Positions 18,002 through 28,446 of a stretch of DNA of 51,037 nt are shown piece after piece; position 1 is the stretch's first letter, and each line of letters begins with the position of its first letter. The notes below the pieces were generated by a model. That model was not told the DNA's origin. It saw nothing but the letters and a program-made list of their open reading frames with translations, and ran no database searches. Source of the stretch: Spirochaetaceae bacterium (GTDB taxonomy: Bacteria > Spirochaetota > Spirochaetia > CADAEX01). The stretch lies in contig WQZP01000018.1 in the NCBI GenBank assembly GCA_009780675.1, positions 1-51,037 on the forward strand. The letters run 5' to 3'. Both the position numbers and the translations under genes were made by a program.

Positions 18002-19760
18002 AGTAAAGCTAATTATAATATCAGTTATTTTAGTAGCTGCTGTGACAACAGGTTTTACCTTACATTCGGAAAACCTTAACAGGAAAAAACCAGATCTCTC
18101 GTTAGAAAATCATCTGTCTGAAAATTATCAGCCCGAAAATCATCATGTAGTTTTTGATGACTCTGCAAAACCTGAAAGCAGGTTTTATTTTGCGCGCAGA
18201 GTGGCAGAACAAATGAATCTCTCACAGCTTGCAGGACAGGTCATGATGATAGGTTATGCGGGAAGTGTTCCGCCTCCCGAAATATTTGAATGGATAAGGG
18301 ATAGAAATCTTGGCGGGATAAAAATTTTTGGGTGGAATACCGATGACCTTTCTGTTTTGAAAAGAAGCATAGAGGATATGCAGGAAGCTGCTTTAACATC
18401 TGGATTAAGAATTCCCCTTTTTATAGCAACAGATCAGGAAGGTGGCTGGATAAGACATGTAAGGGGGAATACATCTATAACACCGGGTAACATGGCGCTT
18501 GGCGCATCTCAAGTCATACATGATTCCTATATGTCAGGCTATTTTATTGGCAAAGAGCTTAAAGCATTGGGAATAAACATGAACTTTGCCCCTACTATAG
18601 ATCTACTTATAAATCCCAATGCTCATGTCATAGGCTCAAGAGCTTTTTCAGATGACCCGCTAAGGACAGCAATTCTTGGAACAGCTTTTACCAATGGTAT
18701 GAGAAATGCAGGTGTAATATGTACTGCAAAACATTTTCCAGGACACGGAAGAACTGCTATTGATTCACATGGCAGGCTGCCGATTATTGATGGCATCTCC
18801 CTTGACGAGCTTTTTTTAACAGACCTGCTCCCTTATGATTTTCTTATAAGAGAAAATATCCCGGCAATAATGAGCGGGCATCTTGCTTTTCCTGACGTTA
18901 CTGGAAACAGGCGTCCTGCATCTTTATCTTCATTTTTTCTTAAAGATGTGCTTAGGGGAAAAATGGGGTTCAATGGACTTATAATAACAGATGATATGCA
19001 GATGATTGGCGCATTATATAAAAATAACGTAAGCGCAAGTTCTCTTGAAGCGCTTAGAGCAGGGAATGATGTAGTCCTTATTTCAAGAAATTTAATAGAG
19101 TATGACAGAATAAGAAATTTAATAATAAGAGAGATGAGTATTGATCCTGATTTTGAGAGACAGATAAGAAAAAGTGTAGAAAGAATACTTATAATAAAAT
19201 ATGAGTATCTGGATATGGAGACCTCGCATATAAGAGCAAGGAGGCAAAATATTTATCCAGTCCCTGCAGAAGGGGCAGCTCAGTTTTTTTATCAGCAGGC
19301 ATTCAGAAGTGTTTCCCTGCTGCGCAGTGATAAACCACTTACAAAACCAGGAGAAAATGAAAGAATACTTTTAGCAGGCCCATTCAGACTTTTTCTTGAA
19401 GAAGGGGTAAAGAGGTTTCCAAATGCGCATACCCATTTTTTTCCATATAGCCCATTTTTTAGAGCTCGTGAAATTGATTTAAGGGTAATGCCTGAAATTG
19501 TTTCCAGATATGACACTGTTATTTTCTGCACTGCAAATGACGCAGGGATAGAAATTTTAAGAACCCTGGAAAATAGCAGAGCCAGAATTATTGTACTGTC
19601 TACGCGCTCTCCGGCAAATCTTTTAGGTCTTGAGTGGATCACTGAAGGAGTAGCTGTATATGGGACAGGAAGAGAATCTTTTGCTGCAGGGTTTGCTGCA
19701 ATTGCAGGAGATTTTATACCCGAAGGCATTTTGCCGTTAGCTACACGAGAGAGCAATTAG
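17973..19760 (+). CDS. Glycoside hydrolase family 3 N-terminal domain protein (NagZ-like beta-N-acetylhexosaminidase), membrane-anchored
   Basis: N-terminal TM helix. GH3 motifs ...FIATDQEGGWIRHV..., KHFPGHGRTAIDSHGRLP, ITDDMQM. Confidence 0.75.
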   Translation: MNLRGYLINKVKLIIISVILVAAVTTGFTLHSENLNRKKPDLSLENHLSENYQPENHHVVFDDSAKPESRFYFARRVAEQMNLSQLAGQVMMIGYAGSVPPPEIFEWIRDRNLGGIKIFGWNTDDLSVLKRSIEDMQEAALTSGLRIPLFIATDQEGGWIRHVRGNTSITPGNMALGASQVIHDSYMSGYFIGKELKALGINMNFAPTIDLLINPNAHVIGSRAFSDDPLRTAILGTAFTNGMRNAGVICTAKHFPGHGRTAIDSHGRLPIIDGISLDELFLTDLLPYDFLIRENIPAIMSGHLAFPDVTGNRRPASLSSFFLKDVLRGKMGFNGLIITDDMQMIGALYKNNVSASSLEALRAGNDVVLISRNLIEYDRIRNLIIREMSIDPDFERQIRKSVERILIIKYEYLDMETSHIRARRQNIYPVPAEGAAQFFYQQAFRSVSLLRSDKPLTKPGENERILLAGPFRLFLEEGVKRFPNAHTHFFPYSPFFRAREIDLRVMPEIVSRYDTVIFCTANDAGIEILRTLENSRARIIVLSTRSPANLLGLEWITEGVAVYGTGRESFAAGFAAIAGDFIPEGILPLATRESN

Positions 19761-19765
19761 CAAAA

Positions 19766-20722
19766 ATGGCATGGTCATATTTTAATTCTTCACAACTTGA
19801 CGAGCTTAAAAATCTTATCCAGCAACGGGAACACAGTTGCATGAATTTCTCCGCTATATTCAGAAATAAGTATTTCAACAACGTAAAAAACAGCTTTAGT
19901 AATGATGCATCACCAGGTATTATCAATAAAATTTGCCGCATAGCCAGCAGCGCTAACAGCGAAAAATCAGCAAAAGCAAGTAACATTATCGTTTATAATA
20001 ATCGCATGGATAACTCCATTGATTTTTCTATCATGCTCTCGGAAAATGGGCAACTTTTTCCAGTTTGCAGGGAAAATATTACAAGTATTGATCCTGGCAA
20101 AGGATTAGAGATTTTTGGCAATTCCCTCCATAAAATAAACACAATAATGGGAGATAAAAAATCTGTAAACAATATACTTAAAACCTGCTTTAATGGCAAA
20201 ATAACATCTGAAAAAACAAATTCCTTTAATTACTACACAATGACCCTTGATAAAAAAAAATTTATACCATGCAACCTATATCAAGAGAAAATAAACTTTC
20301 GGCTGGGTACAGAAAAAGACCTTGAAAATCTTCTCCCTTTGCAAAAAAATTATGAAATAGAAGAAGTCCTTCCCTATCCTGAAATGTTTAATGAAGTTAT
20401 ATCAAGGAAACATCTTTCAGCGATTTTAAAAAATCAGACAACAGTAGTTGCAGAAAAATCAGGAAAAATCATAGCAAAAGCCAATACCAATGGAGAAGGA
20501 TTTATCTATTGCCAAATAGGGGGTGTTTATACGCTTCCAGAATATAGAAATAGTGGTATTTCAACAGCTCTTGTAAGTTATCTTATTGAAAAGATTTTTT
20601 GCAGAAGAATGAAAGTTTCTTTATTTGTTAAAACAAATAACCAGGCAGCTTCAAAAGTATATATAAAACTTGGATTTGACAGAGTTGATGAGTTTCAAAT
20701 CACTTATTTTCTTTACCAGTGA
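19766..20722 (+). CDS. GNAT-family N-acetyltransferase domain protein with an uncharacterised N-terminal half
   Basis: C-terminal ...IGGVYTLPEYRNSGISTALVSYLIEKIF...YIKLGFDRV is a GNAT acetyl-CoA binding motif pattern. Confidence 0.5.
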   Translation: MAWSYFNSSQLDELKNLIQQREHSCMNFSAIFRNKYFNNVKNSFSNDASPGIINKICRIASSANSEKSAKASNIIVYNNRMDNSIDFSIMLSENGQLFPVCRENITSIDPGKGLEIFGNSLHKINTIMGDKKSVNNILKTCFNGKITSEKTNSFNYYTMTLDKKKFIPCNLYQEKINFRLGTEKDLENLLPLQKNYEIEEVLPYPEMFNEVISRKHLSAILKNQTTVVAEKSGKIIAKANTNGEGFIYCQIGGVYTLPEYRNSGISTALVSYLIEKIFCRRMKVSLFVKTNNQAASKVYIKLGFDRVDEFQITYFLYQ

Positions 20723-21243
20723 TTAAAAGCATACATCCTTTTAACTGGTTTCCTGTCCCTTACAATTAAACGATCATCTGTGTATCCAACAAGAAGCATC
20801 ATTACAACTCTCATTGAGTATGGCACAGAAACAAGATTTTTTATCTCTTCTTCATCATATGTTGTAACAACGCAGCTTCCAAGCTTTTCATGCTCTGCCT
20901 GAAGCATCATAAAAGATACTGCAAAAGAGATATCTATAGGATATGATTGCTGTTTATTAGGCATTTCATACTCTATATTTGTTGAACATGCTAATATAAT
21001 AGCTCCTGCTTTTCCAACATATTCCTGACTATATGCAGCTTCCTGGATTTTTTCCTTAAGCTCTGGGTTATCAATAACAATAAATCTCCATGGCTGCCTG
21101 TTTTTAGCAGAAGGGGCAAGATGTCCTGCTTCTAAAATTCGGGTAATTACATCCTTTTTTATAGCTATTTCCTTAAAATTACGGACGCTAATTCTGTTTT
21201 GTATCTCTGCCAATATTTCCATGTTTTGCCGATATTGTAGCAT
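20713..21243 (-). CDS. Nitroreductase-family protein
   Basis: ...RISVRNFKEIAIKKDVITRILEAGHLAPSAKNRQPWRFIVI... is typical of the nitroreductase fold. The ORF opens with TTG at 21261; ATG candidates are at 21243 and 21222. Confidence 0.75.
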   Translation of the reverse strand: MLQYRQNMEILAEIQNRISVRNFKEIAIKKDVITRILEAGHLAPSAKNRQPWRFIVIDNPELKEKIQEAAYSQEYVGKAGAIILACSTNIEYEMPNKQQSYPIDISFAVSFMMLQAEHEKLGSCVVTTYDEEEIKNLVSVPYSMRVVMMLLVGYTDDRLIVRDRKPVKRMYAFNHW

Positions 21244-21384
21244 ATTCTTTTTAATTAGCAAATAGGTATTACTTATATAAAAGTTATTTATTCGCTATTT
21301 TAAAGCATTTTATGTAAAAAATTCCGTTTTTCGCTTCTTACAATACATTGACGATTAAGAATGGATAAAATACTCTTATAGTGA

Positions 21385-23646
21385 ATGAAAAAGTTTTTTT
21401 GTATTTTATTACTTTTTATGTCACTTATACTCTATGGGGAAGATCTGCAAGCAGAATATCAGCGGATAAATAGCGCAATATCAGCTGATATTGAATATTT
21501 AAGGAATTTATATCCATGTGGGAATAACTCCAGACAGGAAAAGATAATATATCAGTTTATTAGGGAAAGGCTTATATCTCTTTCAATTTCTTACATTGAA
21601 CAGCCACTGGATACAGTACCAGGCGTTCATTCATTTAGTTCCAATATAGTCGTAGACTTTGTCGGGACAACAAGCAACAAAGTAATATTTGCATTTCCTG
21701 TTAATAATTTAAAAGATAATTCATTTAATATAGCAACTGCATTAAAATTGTGTGAGATTTTTAGTAAAAACACCCCTGAAAAAAATGTTAAAATACTTTT
21801 TTTGGGGTCTGAATTTTTGCCCTCTTTACTTGATACAAACTATTTATTATATGATCAAAATCTTGTAGAAAAAATAACCATAGAAGCCATGGGAGAGCAG
21901 CTGGGCGCAAGAACTTTTCTGCAATACTATTTTCCTGACCAAAATGCTTCTCTGATTTACATCAATATTGAAAACTATGAAAACATTGTTGAGATTTCTA
22001 ATGCATCGCCAGCAGGACAAGCTCCCCTTTGGTTTATAAGAAGATCTGCAGAAGAAATGGAAAAAAATAATATCAATTTTTTTATAGATTTAAGAAAAAA
22101 TAATTTTTATAAACTAGGGTATAACTTAAGGTCTCATATAGATATTTTTATGCAGAATAATACACCCTCATTATATGTTACCACAACAGCTGCCTACAAT
22201 AGAACGTTATTTTCTAACAGAAGAACCAGCTTAAAGCAGGAAGAACTTGCAACGAAATTCATTTCTTTTCTTGTTTCAATGTCAAATGATTATCCGAAAC
22301 TTGACTGGGAAGTAAATTATTTAATTATACCATTCAGAAACAAATACTTTTTTTTAAAAGAAAAATACAATATTTTGATCTACCTGGCTTTTATAGCAGC
22401 CATTATTCTTTTTATAATGAAGTATAGTAATAACTTTTTTCGTTATACGAGTAAATTGTTAAAAAATTTTGGGGCTCTTATATGGCTTTTTTTGCTCTGC
22501 TTTTTATCTCTGTTTCTCGCAACACTTGTTACAGAATTTATACTCTCACTTAAGGGGTCGCCCAGTATATGGATCGAGACTCCTGCCGCAGTTTTTTTTA
22601 TTAAAATAATTTCTGCAACTCTTTTTCTTTTTTTCTCACTCTTTTTGCTGCAAAAAATAAGGCTTCCATATTCCGGCAACTTTTATTCTGCAGGCGCTAT
22701 TTTTCTTATGGTAATAAACCTTTTTATATTTCAATTTTTTAGTATTACCTTATCGTTTATCGCAATGTGGGGACTTATTTGGACAATACTTTTTTCTTTC
22801 GCAAAAAACAGGTGGATAAAAACCGGGTGCTTAATAATTTCTTATTACTTCATATTTGATACTGTAAGATATATCTTTATGGTGCCTGCTATTGATCTCT
22901 GTGATATTTTGATTTCAAGCAAATTTGCAGGGAACATTCTTATAGCAGCAACTTTACTTCCCTGTATTTTAATGATACTTAGAATTTTACACATACAAAC
23001 CCGTACGGAATTAAAAAAGTATAAATTTATAAGAAAAATTATTTATGCGATAACATTATTGGCAGCTATAACATCAACAACTTATTATTATTGGTTTGAT
23101 ATATATAGAGACAAAAAAATGCCTGTTTTGCTTGTTCATAAAATCGATACAAACAAAGATACTTCAATAATTACAATGTCATCTCCTGTAAGGACAGAAG
23201 ATATTGAGATCTCGATAGACAACAATAATTACATTATTAAAGCAGATAACTTACAAAAAATCGAAATTATGAGTAATAACGGTGAAGACGTCCTTGAAAT
23301 TCAAAAAACATTATCATGGTTTTTAAATAGAAAAAACATAGTGCTTGATATTATTCCCAAAGGGGAGCCGGAAAAAATAGAAATATTATTCAGAATGGCG
23401 GAGAATCAGCTTATTCTGGATAGTAATTTTCAGTTTACTCTTGACCCGGATCTTATGGGTGGCATATTCCATATTGGATATAATCCCGACTTTCCCCTTA
23501 AACTGGATATACTAACAGATATGGACACTGATATCCGGTTTGATATTAGACTTATTTACAGAACCTCGCCTTTAAATATGGAGATAAGAGGAAACAACAT
23601 GACTTTTTACACCTATACTGTTGTTTTTGCAACTATACTATTGTAA
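21385..23646 (+). CDS. Large polytopic membrane protein with an N-terminal periplasmic M28-peptidase-like region (uncertain) and a C-terminal soluble domain
   Basis: 753 aa. Signal peptide, then ~8-10 hydrophobic helices between ~aa 330 and 560. Function unknown. Confidence 0.45.
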   Translation: MKKFFCILLLFMSLILYGEDLQAEYQRINSAISADIEYLRNLYPCGNNSRQEKIIYQFIRERLISLSISYIEQPLDTVPGVHSFSSNIVVDFVGTTSNKVIFAFPVNNLKDNSFNIATALKLCEIFSKNTPEKNVKILFLGSEFLPSLLDTNYLLYDQNLVEKITIEAMGEQLGARTFLQYYFPDQNASLIYINIENYENIVEISNASPAGQAPLWFIRRSAEEMEKNNINFFIDLRKNNFYKLGYNLRSHIDIFMQNNTPSLYVTTTAAYNRTLFSNRRTSLKQEELATKFISFLVSMSNDYPKLDWEVNYLIIPFRNKYFFLKEKYNILIYLAFIAAIILFIMKYSNNFFRYTSKLLKNFGALIWLFLLCFLSLFLATLVTEFILSLKGSPSIWIETPAAVFFIKIISATLFLFFSLFLLQKIRLPYSGNFYSAGAIFLMVINLFIFQFFSITLSFIAMWGLIWTILFSFAKNRWIKTGCLIISYYFIFDTVRYIFMVPAIDLCDILISSKFAGNILIAATLLPCILMILRILHIQTRTELKKYKFIRKIIYAITLLAAITSTTYYYWFDIYRDKKMPVLLVHKIDTNKDTSIITMSSPVRTEDIEISIDNNNYIIKADNLQKIEIMSNNGEDVLEIQKTLSWFLNRKNIVLDIIPKGEPEKIEILFRMAENQLILDSNFQFTLDPDLMGGIFHIGYNPDFPLKLDILTDMDTDIRFDIRLIYRTSPLNMEIRGNNMTFYTYTVVFATILL

Positions 23647-23656
23647 AAAAGTATTT

Positions 23657-24832
23657 ATGGAAAATGTTTTTTTTCATATAGATATCGATGCGTTTTATGC
23701 TTCGGTAGAACAACTTGATAATATTGCTCTTAAAAACAAACCTGTAATTGTGGGAGGTATGGGGAAAAGAGGGGTTGTCTCAACGTGCTCCTATGAGGCC
23801 AGAGCATTTGGAGTAAAATCCGCCATGCCTGTTGAAGAAGCAAGAAAAAAATGCCCTTCTGGAATTTTTCTTCCCTGCAGAATAGACCGATACATAGAAG
23901 TCTCGAATCAGGTCATGGAGCTATTGGAACAATTCTCACCAGAAATCAATATTATTTCTATTGATGAAGCTTATCTTAATATGAAAGGCACAACTCTTAT
24001 TTTTGGCACCCCAGAGGAAGCTGCGAAAAAGTTAAAATCAAAAATAAATGAAGCTACAGGACTTACTGTTTCTGTTGGGATTGCGTGCAACAGAATGATG
24101 GCAAAACTTGCATCTGATCACGGAAAACCAGATGGCATTTATTGTGTAAAACAAGGCACTGAAATAGAATTTCTTGATTCACTGAAACTTAAAGACCTGC
24201 ATGGGATCGGGAAAAAAACAATTGAAAGGCTTAATCAAAGCGGAATATATGAAATAAAACAACTCCGTTTATATTCACAAAAAATGCTTTCCGGAATACT
24301 TGGGAGCGTTGTTTTGGCAGAGCATATATATAAAGGGGTAAGAGGTGAAGACCCCGGAGTATGGAGCGATAATCCCAAAAGTAAATCCATTGGAAATGAA
24401 ATAACATTTGAAGAAGATATTAAATCCGAAGACTTGCTAAAATCAGAACTTCTTGATATTGCGCAACATCTTATGTTCAGACTAAACACCTCTGGATATG
24501 TATCAAAAACTGTTTCTATTAAAATAAAATATTTTGATTTTTTAGCGATAACAGCTCAAACTACTCTTGGAGATAATATAAGCTGCTCTGACGAGATATA
24601 TAAAACTCTCGTGACCCTTCTTGACAGAAAACTTGACAGATCAAAACCTGTAAGACTTATTGGAGCTTCTTTGCACGAACTTGAAAAAAGGGAATATTCA
24701 AGCCAAATTGGGCTCTTTGAAAACAATACAAAGAAAAGAGAGGTAGAGAAAGCTGTCCAGAGGTTGTCAGAGAAAAAGCCAGAAATAAAAATATTTAAGG
24801 CAGCATCCATTAGAAAGAAAAAACCCGGTTAA
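23657..24832 (+). CDS. dinB: DNA polymerase IV (Y-family translesion polymerase)
   Basis: MENVFFHIDIDAFYASVEQLDNIALKNKPVIVGG...SIDEAYLN, canonical DinB/UmuC catalytic motifs. Start chosen at MENV rather than the upstream TTG. Confidence 0.85.
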   Translation: MENVFFHIDIDAFYASVEQLDNIALKNKPVIVGGMGKRGVVSTCSYEARAFGVKSAMPVEEARKKCPSGIFLPCRIDRYIEVSNQVMELLEQFSPEINIISIDEAYLNMKGTTLIFGTPEEAAKKLKSKINEATGLTVSVGIACNRMMAKLASDHGKPDGIYCVKQGTEIEFLDSLKLKDLHGIGKKTIERLNQSGIYEIKQLRLYSQKMLSGILGSVVLAEHIYKGVRGEDPGVWSDNPKSKSIGNEITFEEDIKSEDLLKSELLDIAQHLMFRLNTSGYVSKTVSIKIKYFDFLAITAQTTLGDNISCSDEIYKTLVTLLDRKLDRSKPVRLIGASLHELEKREYSSQIGLFENNTKKREVEKAVQRLSEKKPEIKIFKAASIRKKKPG

Positions 24833-24976
24833 ATGACCTCGCACCACCACTGTATAGTAGCAGCCAACTGCTTTTATCACAATTTTTAACACCACAAACT
24901 TTTTATTTCTCAATTTTAATTCAAGAATATCAAGTATTTAAAAATTTATTCCGAAAAGAAAAAGGGATAATAAAAA

Positions 24977-25441
24977 ATGATTATTGTTTCTGAAGAAAAA
25001 AAGACTATTATTGAAAATCTGACTTTTCTTAGTCATTTAATTACATTTATAAGCGTCGCGCTTGATATGGATATAGACATATCCATATACAAAAATAAAA
25101 TTATTGATGATCTTCTTTTTGTTACTAATACATTACCCAAAATAGAAGAAAAAATAGAAAATAGCGATCTCAATGAAAAAGAGTTTATAACCATATTAAG
25201 TAAAATGAAAAATGTAAAAGATAGCGCGATTATCCTGATGGAGAGCATAGTCTCATATAAATATAAACAAGCAATTATTTTTGAAGCACATAATAATGAT
25301 ATAAAATCATTTATGAACCTATATAAAGATAGCTCTGCTAAAATACAAAAAAGACTTAATAGAAAACTTTTTTCCAAAGATGGGGATCAGGTTTCAAGAG
25401 AAGAACTCTATTTTCTCTTTGGACAAGAAAAATCTGAATAG
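24977..25441 (+). CDS. Hypothetical protein
   Basis: 154-aa ORF with no recognisable motif, upstream of the UDPGP-family gene. Confidence 0.35.
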   Translation: MIIVSEEKKTIIENLTFLSHLITFISVALDMDIDISIYKNKIIDDLLFVTNTLPKIEEKIENSDLNEKEFITILSKMKNVKDSAIILMESIVSYKYKQAIIFEAHNNDIKSFMNLYKDSSAKIQKRLNRKLFSKDGDQVSREELYFLFGQEKSE

Positions 25442-25563
25442 TATTGTTCTGTAACTCAAATTGCCCTTCCATTATTGACAATTATTTTTTTCGCTTTTAT
25501 CATAATTATTTAATACTCACTTATAGAAAATACCCCAAATTTGGGAATAATTAGGTCGTAAAC

Positions 25564-27060
25564 ATGGAAAAAGCTCTTATTTCAGAAATGGAAAAAAATA
25601 ATATTGATCTCGATCTAACAAAAAAAATACTTAATGCAATAAATTCACCTGACTCTATCAATAAATCTTTTAAGGTAAAAGGGGTGCCATCTCCAAATAA
25701 TAAGATTATTGTTGATTTATCAGAAGAAGTAAAATGGGAAATAAGTTATGAACTGGCAAAGGAAAACCTAAAAAAACTTACAGATGCCATAAGCCTGCCG
25801 AAAAAAGAAATATCAAACAACGGGACTATTACCCTTAATCGCGAAGAACTTGAAAACATAGGTCTTTATCTACTTCCATTTACATCACTAGGTATTTTAA
25901 ATGGCGGTTCTGCAACAAGCTATGTTGATTGCATAAAAAATAGCTCATACAATGAATCTCTTTTTAAGTATTGCGAGAAGTTGTTTTTAGATTTAAATAA
26001 AAAATACAAAAATTATCCAAAAGGGCTTGCGCCTGCATATATCCACTCTGACTATTCAGTAGGATATAGCTTTTTAGAGCTAAAAATGCGTTCATTGCTG
26101 GTAAAAGCAAAAAAATATATAGAGACCACAGGGAAAAGAGATTTAGGGCATCTTCTTTTCCAAATGGCAAGCTCCAATAATAATGACCAACTAGCTAAAA
26201 AATTCAAAGAATTCGCAAATAGTAATATTATAAAAAGGCTTGCTGATGAAACAGGTATTGATATTACATCTCCGCTTTCAAAAATACAGCCCCTTATTCC
26301 TGCATTTACACATTCCTCTTTTGGGAATAAAAAAGAAATTTTTACAAATGCGTACGGAGAAAATGGGAGGATACTACCTCTTCCAGGAGGGCATGGGCAC
26401 AATTTTCAGGCATTAAGAAATATCTATGAGACTCTCTATAAACAAGGAAAGCGGTTTGTTTACCTTGGGAATGTTGACAATATAGGGTTCAATATAGATT
26501 TTGCAGAAGTCGCGATACTTGCTTTATCTGGAAAAGAAGCAGCCTTTGATTTTTCATTTAAAACCCCTGTTGATGTTAAAGGGGGAATCCTTGTTTATGA
26601 TGAAAATAATAGATTTAATTGTGAGGATATAGGGCTTACAATACCTCTGGATTTTGTTAAAGAAGAAGAAAAAAAGGGGAAAGCCATTCTTTTCAACTGC
26701 GCTACAGGCTTATTTAATCTTGAATATCTTGTAAAAAATCTAGACAGAATAATAGACAACCTCCCTTTAAGATTAAGTGATCAGGAAAAAGATGCTGGTA
26801 AATACTCACAAGCTGAACAAACTACATGGGAAGTAATAGGACTTCTTGATGATTTCATTATTTTCGGAGTCAATAAATATAAGAGATTTCTTGCCTCAAA
26901 ACTGATTATGGAAAACATGCTTATAAGCAGACCTAGCTGTATTTTTTCTTATTTTGACAAAAATAAGTGCGATCCAATGAACTCCATATCTATAAAAATG
27001 AAAAAAGGGCTTGATAGTATTTTAGAAGAAGAAATGCAGTTTGGGATTTTTGATAATTAA
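25564..27060 (+). CDS. UDPGP-family (eukaryotic-type UTP-hexose-1-phosphate uridylyltransferase-like) nucleotidyltransferase
   Basis: Motifs GILNGGSATSYV (LNGG), LPGGHGHNFQAL (PGGHG) and YLGNVDNIGFNIDF (NxDN) in UDPGP-like order. 498 aa. Confidence 0.5.
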   Translation: MEKALISEMEKNNIDLDLTKKILNAINSPDSINKSFKVKGVPSPNNKIIVDLSEEVKWEISYELAKENLKKLTDAISLPKKEISNNGTITLNREELENIGLYLLPFTSLGILNGGSATSYVDCIKNSSYNESLFKYCEKLFLDLNKKYKNYPKGLAPAYIHSDYSVGYSFLELKMRSLLVKAKKYIETTGKRDLGHLLFQMASSNNNDQLAKKFKEFANSNIIKRLADETGIDITSPLSKIQPLIPAFTHSSFGNKKEIFTNAYGENGRILPLPGGHGHNFQALRNIYETLYKQGKRFVYLGNVDNIGFNIDFAEVAILALSGKEAAFDFSFKTPVDVKGGILVYDENNRFNCEDIGLTIPLDFVKEEEKKGKAILFNCATGLFNLEYLVKNLDRIIDNLPLRLSDQEKDAGKYSQAEQTTWEVIGLLDDFIIFGVNKYKRFLASKLIMENMLISRPSCIFSYFDKNKCDPMNSISIKMKKGLDSILEEEMQFGIFDN

Positions 27061-27163
27061 AATTGACTTATTACATGGGTGTAGTATACCAATTTTGGCG
27101 GCCTGCCTTGCTCGGTAATATGTGAAAAAATTCACACATTATTCCCACTCATATAACAAAAAA

Positions 27164-27196
27164 AAGCAGCTCAATTAGTTTTCAAGCTGCTTTTTT
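27164..27196. terminator. Bidirectional terminator hairpin between convergent genes
   Basis: aaaaaa-gcagct-caattagttttca-agctgc-tttttt. A-tract on one side and T-tract on the other. Confidence 0.6.
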
Positions 27197-27218
27197 AAGG
27201 TCAATTATTAAATACCTA

Positions 27219-27386
27219 TCAACCTGCTTCTATTGCATCAACAGGACAAGTATCTGCACAAATTCCGCATGATGTACATGCATCATTAATAAATCTCTTA
27301 CCATTTTTTTCAATAATTGCATCTACAGGGCATTCGCTGTCACAAACACCACAGTTTGTACATGCGTCTAATATTTTATACGCCAT
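27219..27386 (-). CDS. 2x[4Fe-4S] ferredoxin (55 aa, below the ORF-track cutoff)
   Basis: Minus-strand translation MAYKILDACTNCGVCDSECPVDAIIEKNGKRFINDACTSCGICADTCPVDAIEAG with two CxxCxxCxxxCP clusters. GGAGG SD 6 nt upstream. Confidence 0.75.
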   Translation of the reverse strand: MAYKILDACTNCGVCDSECPVDAIIEKNGKRFINDACTSCGICADTCPVDAIEAG

Positions 27387-27447
27387 TAGATCCTCCTTAG
27401 TATTTTCAATAATATACTACATTATATATTTTTTTTCAATGACTATA

Positions 27448-28446
27448 TTAAAACTTTGACTTTCTATTCGATATAAATCTTGATATAAATCCTGATTCTG
27501 AAGAAGCAGATAAGTCAAGATAAGCATTCCATAATTTCGTTGCGTAAAAATATGGAGAATGATCTGAAAAGTATGAAGTTCTTGTTTTTACAAGAGTAGC
27601 TATAAACTCTTCAAAAAGTGCAGGCCCTTTTAGTATGTTTTTTTCCTTAAGTTCTTTAAGAATAGCTAAATTATGAGCGCTTTTATTCCTTAGTTTGCCT
27701 TTTGAATCAATAAATTCCAGTTCTCCGATATGTAAATATTCATTTTTAATTTTTAGAATTCTAAATTTTTGAAATGGAACCTCTGTAATAATATCATTAT
27801 TATGAACAATTCTAAAAACCTTTGCTTTTATTGTGTCTGCAAACTCCTGGCTTCCCACTCTTGGACAGCCAAAAGTATACACACAATTAACATGGGGAAA
27901 TCTGGCTGCTAAAATCAGAGAAAGCGCAGCGCCGAGACTATGGCCTGTAGCAAAAATCCTTAAGAAAGGCTTTTTCTCTTTTTGTTTTAAAAGGTATTCA
28001 TGGAGCATCCCCTCACCTTCCCATATTTCATCAAGTACAGCCTGAAAGCCAGAGTGGACAAAACCTCCATTTTTTTCCGGGGACATTGCTATTTTAAAAT
28101 CAGCAATAAAACCAGGAATAGAAAAAGGGAGTTTAAGCTCTGTTCCTCTGAATACAACAATAAGGCAGTTTCCTTTTTTTGCAGTAAAACACCTTGCAAC
28201 ATTTTTCCCAATAAACATTTTAAAATCATCAAAACCTGCGTAATAAAATGCATATTTGATAAATGATGGCTGGTTATAGGAGAGAAGAGAAGCTTCTGCA
28301 AGAAAACAAGCATTTACAAGTGAAAATTCGTTTTTTCTGTGAAAAAATCCAGTATGCCTTACTCTCTCAAAATAAGGGTAATCCATATTGGGAAAAAGCT
28401 CATTAGGGGTTAATTTTTTAGAAAATTTAAATCTTTCCGGAATCAT
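27448..28446 (-). CDS. Class-3 lipase-like alpha/beta hydrolase
   Basis: GHSLGAALSLILAA nucleophile elbow, preceded by IVVFRGTE (Lipase_3 pattern). Overlaps the dxs 3' end by 20 nt, so it is probably co-transcribed. Confidence 0.65.
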   Translation of the reverse strand: MIPERFKFSKKLTPNELFPNMDYPYFERVRHTGFFHRKNEFSLVNACFLAEASLLSYNQPSFIKYAFYYAGFDDFKMFIGKNVARCFTAKKGNCLIVVFRGTELKLPFSIPGFIADFKIAMSPEKNGGFVHSGFQAVLDEIWEGEGMLHEYLLKQKEKKPFLRIFATGHSLGAALSLILAARFPHVNCVYTFGCPRVGSQEFADTIKAKVFRIVHNNDIITEVPFQKFRILKIKNEYLHIGELEFIDSKGKLRNKSAHNLAILKELKEKNILKGPALFEEFIATLVKTRTSYFSDHSPYFYATKLWNAYLDLSASSESGFISRFISNRKSKF

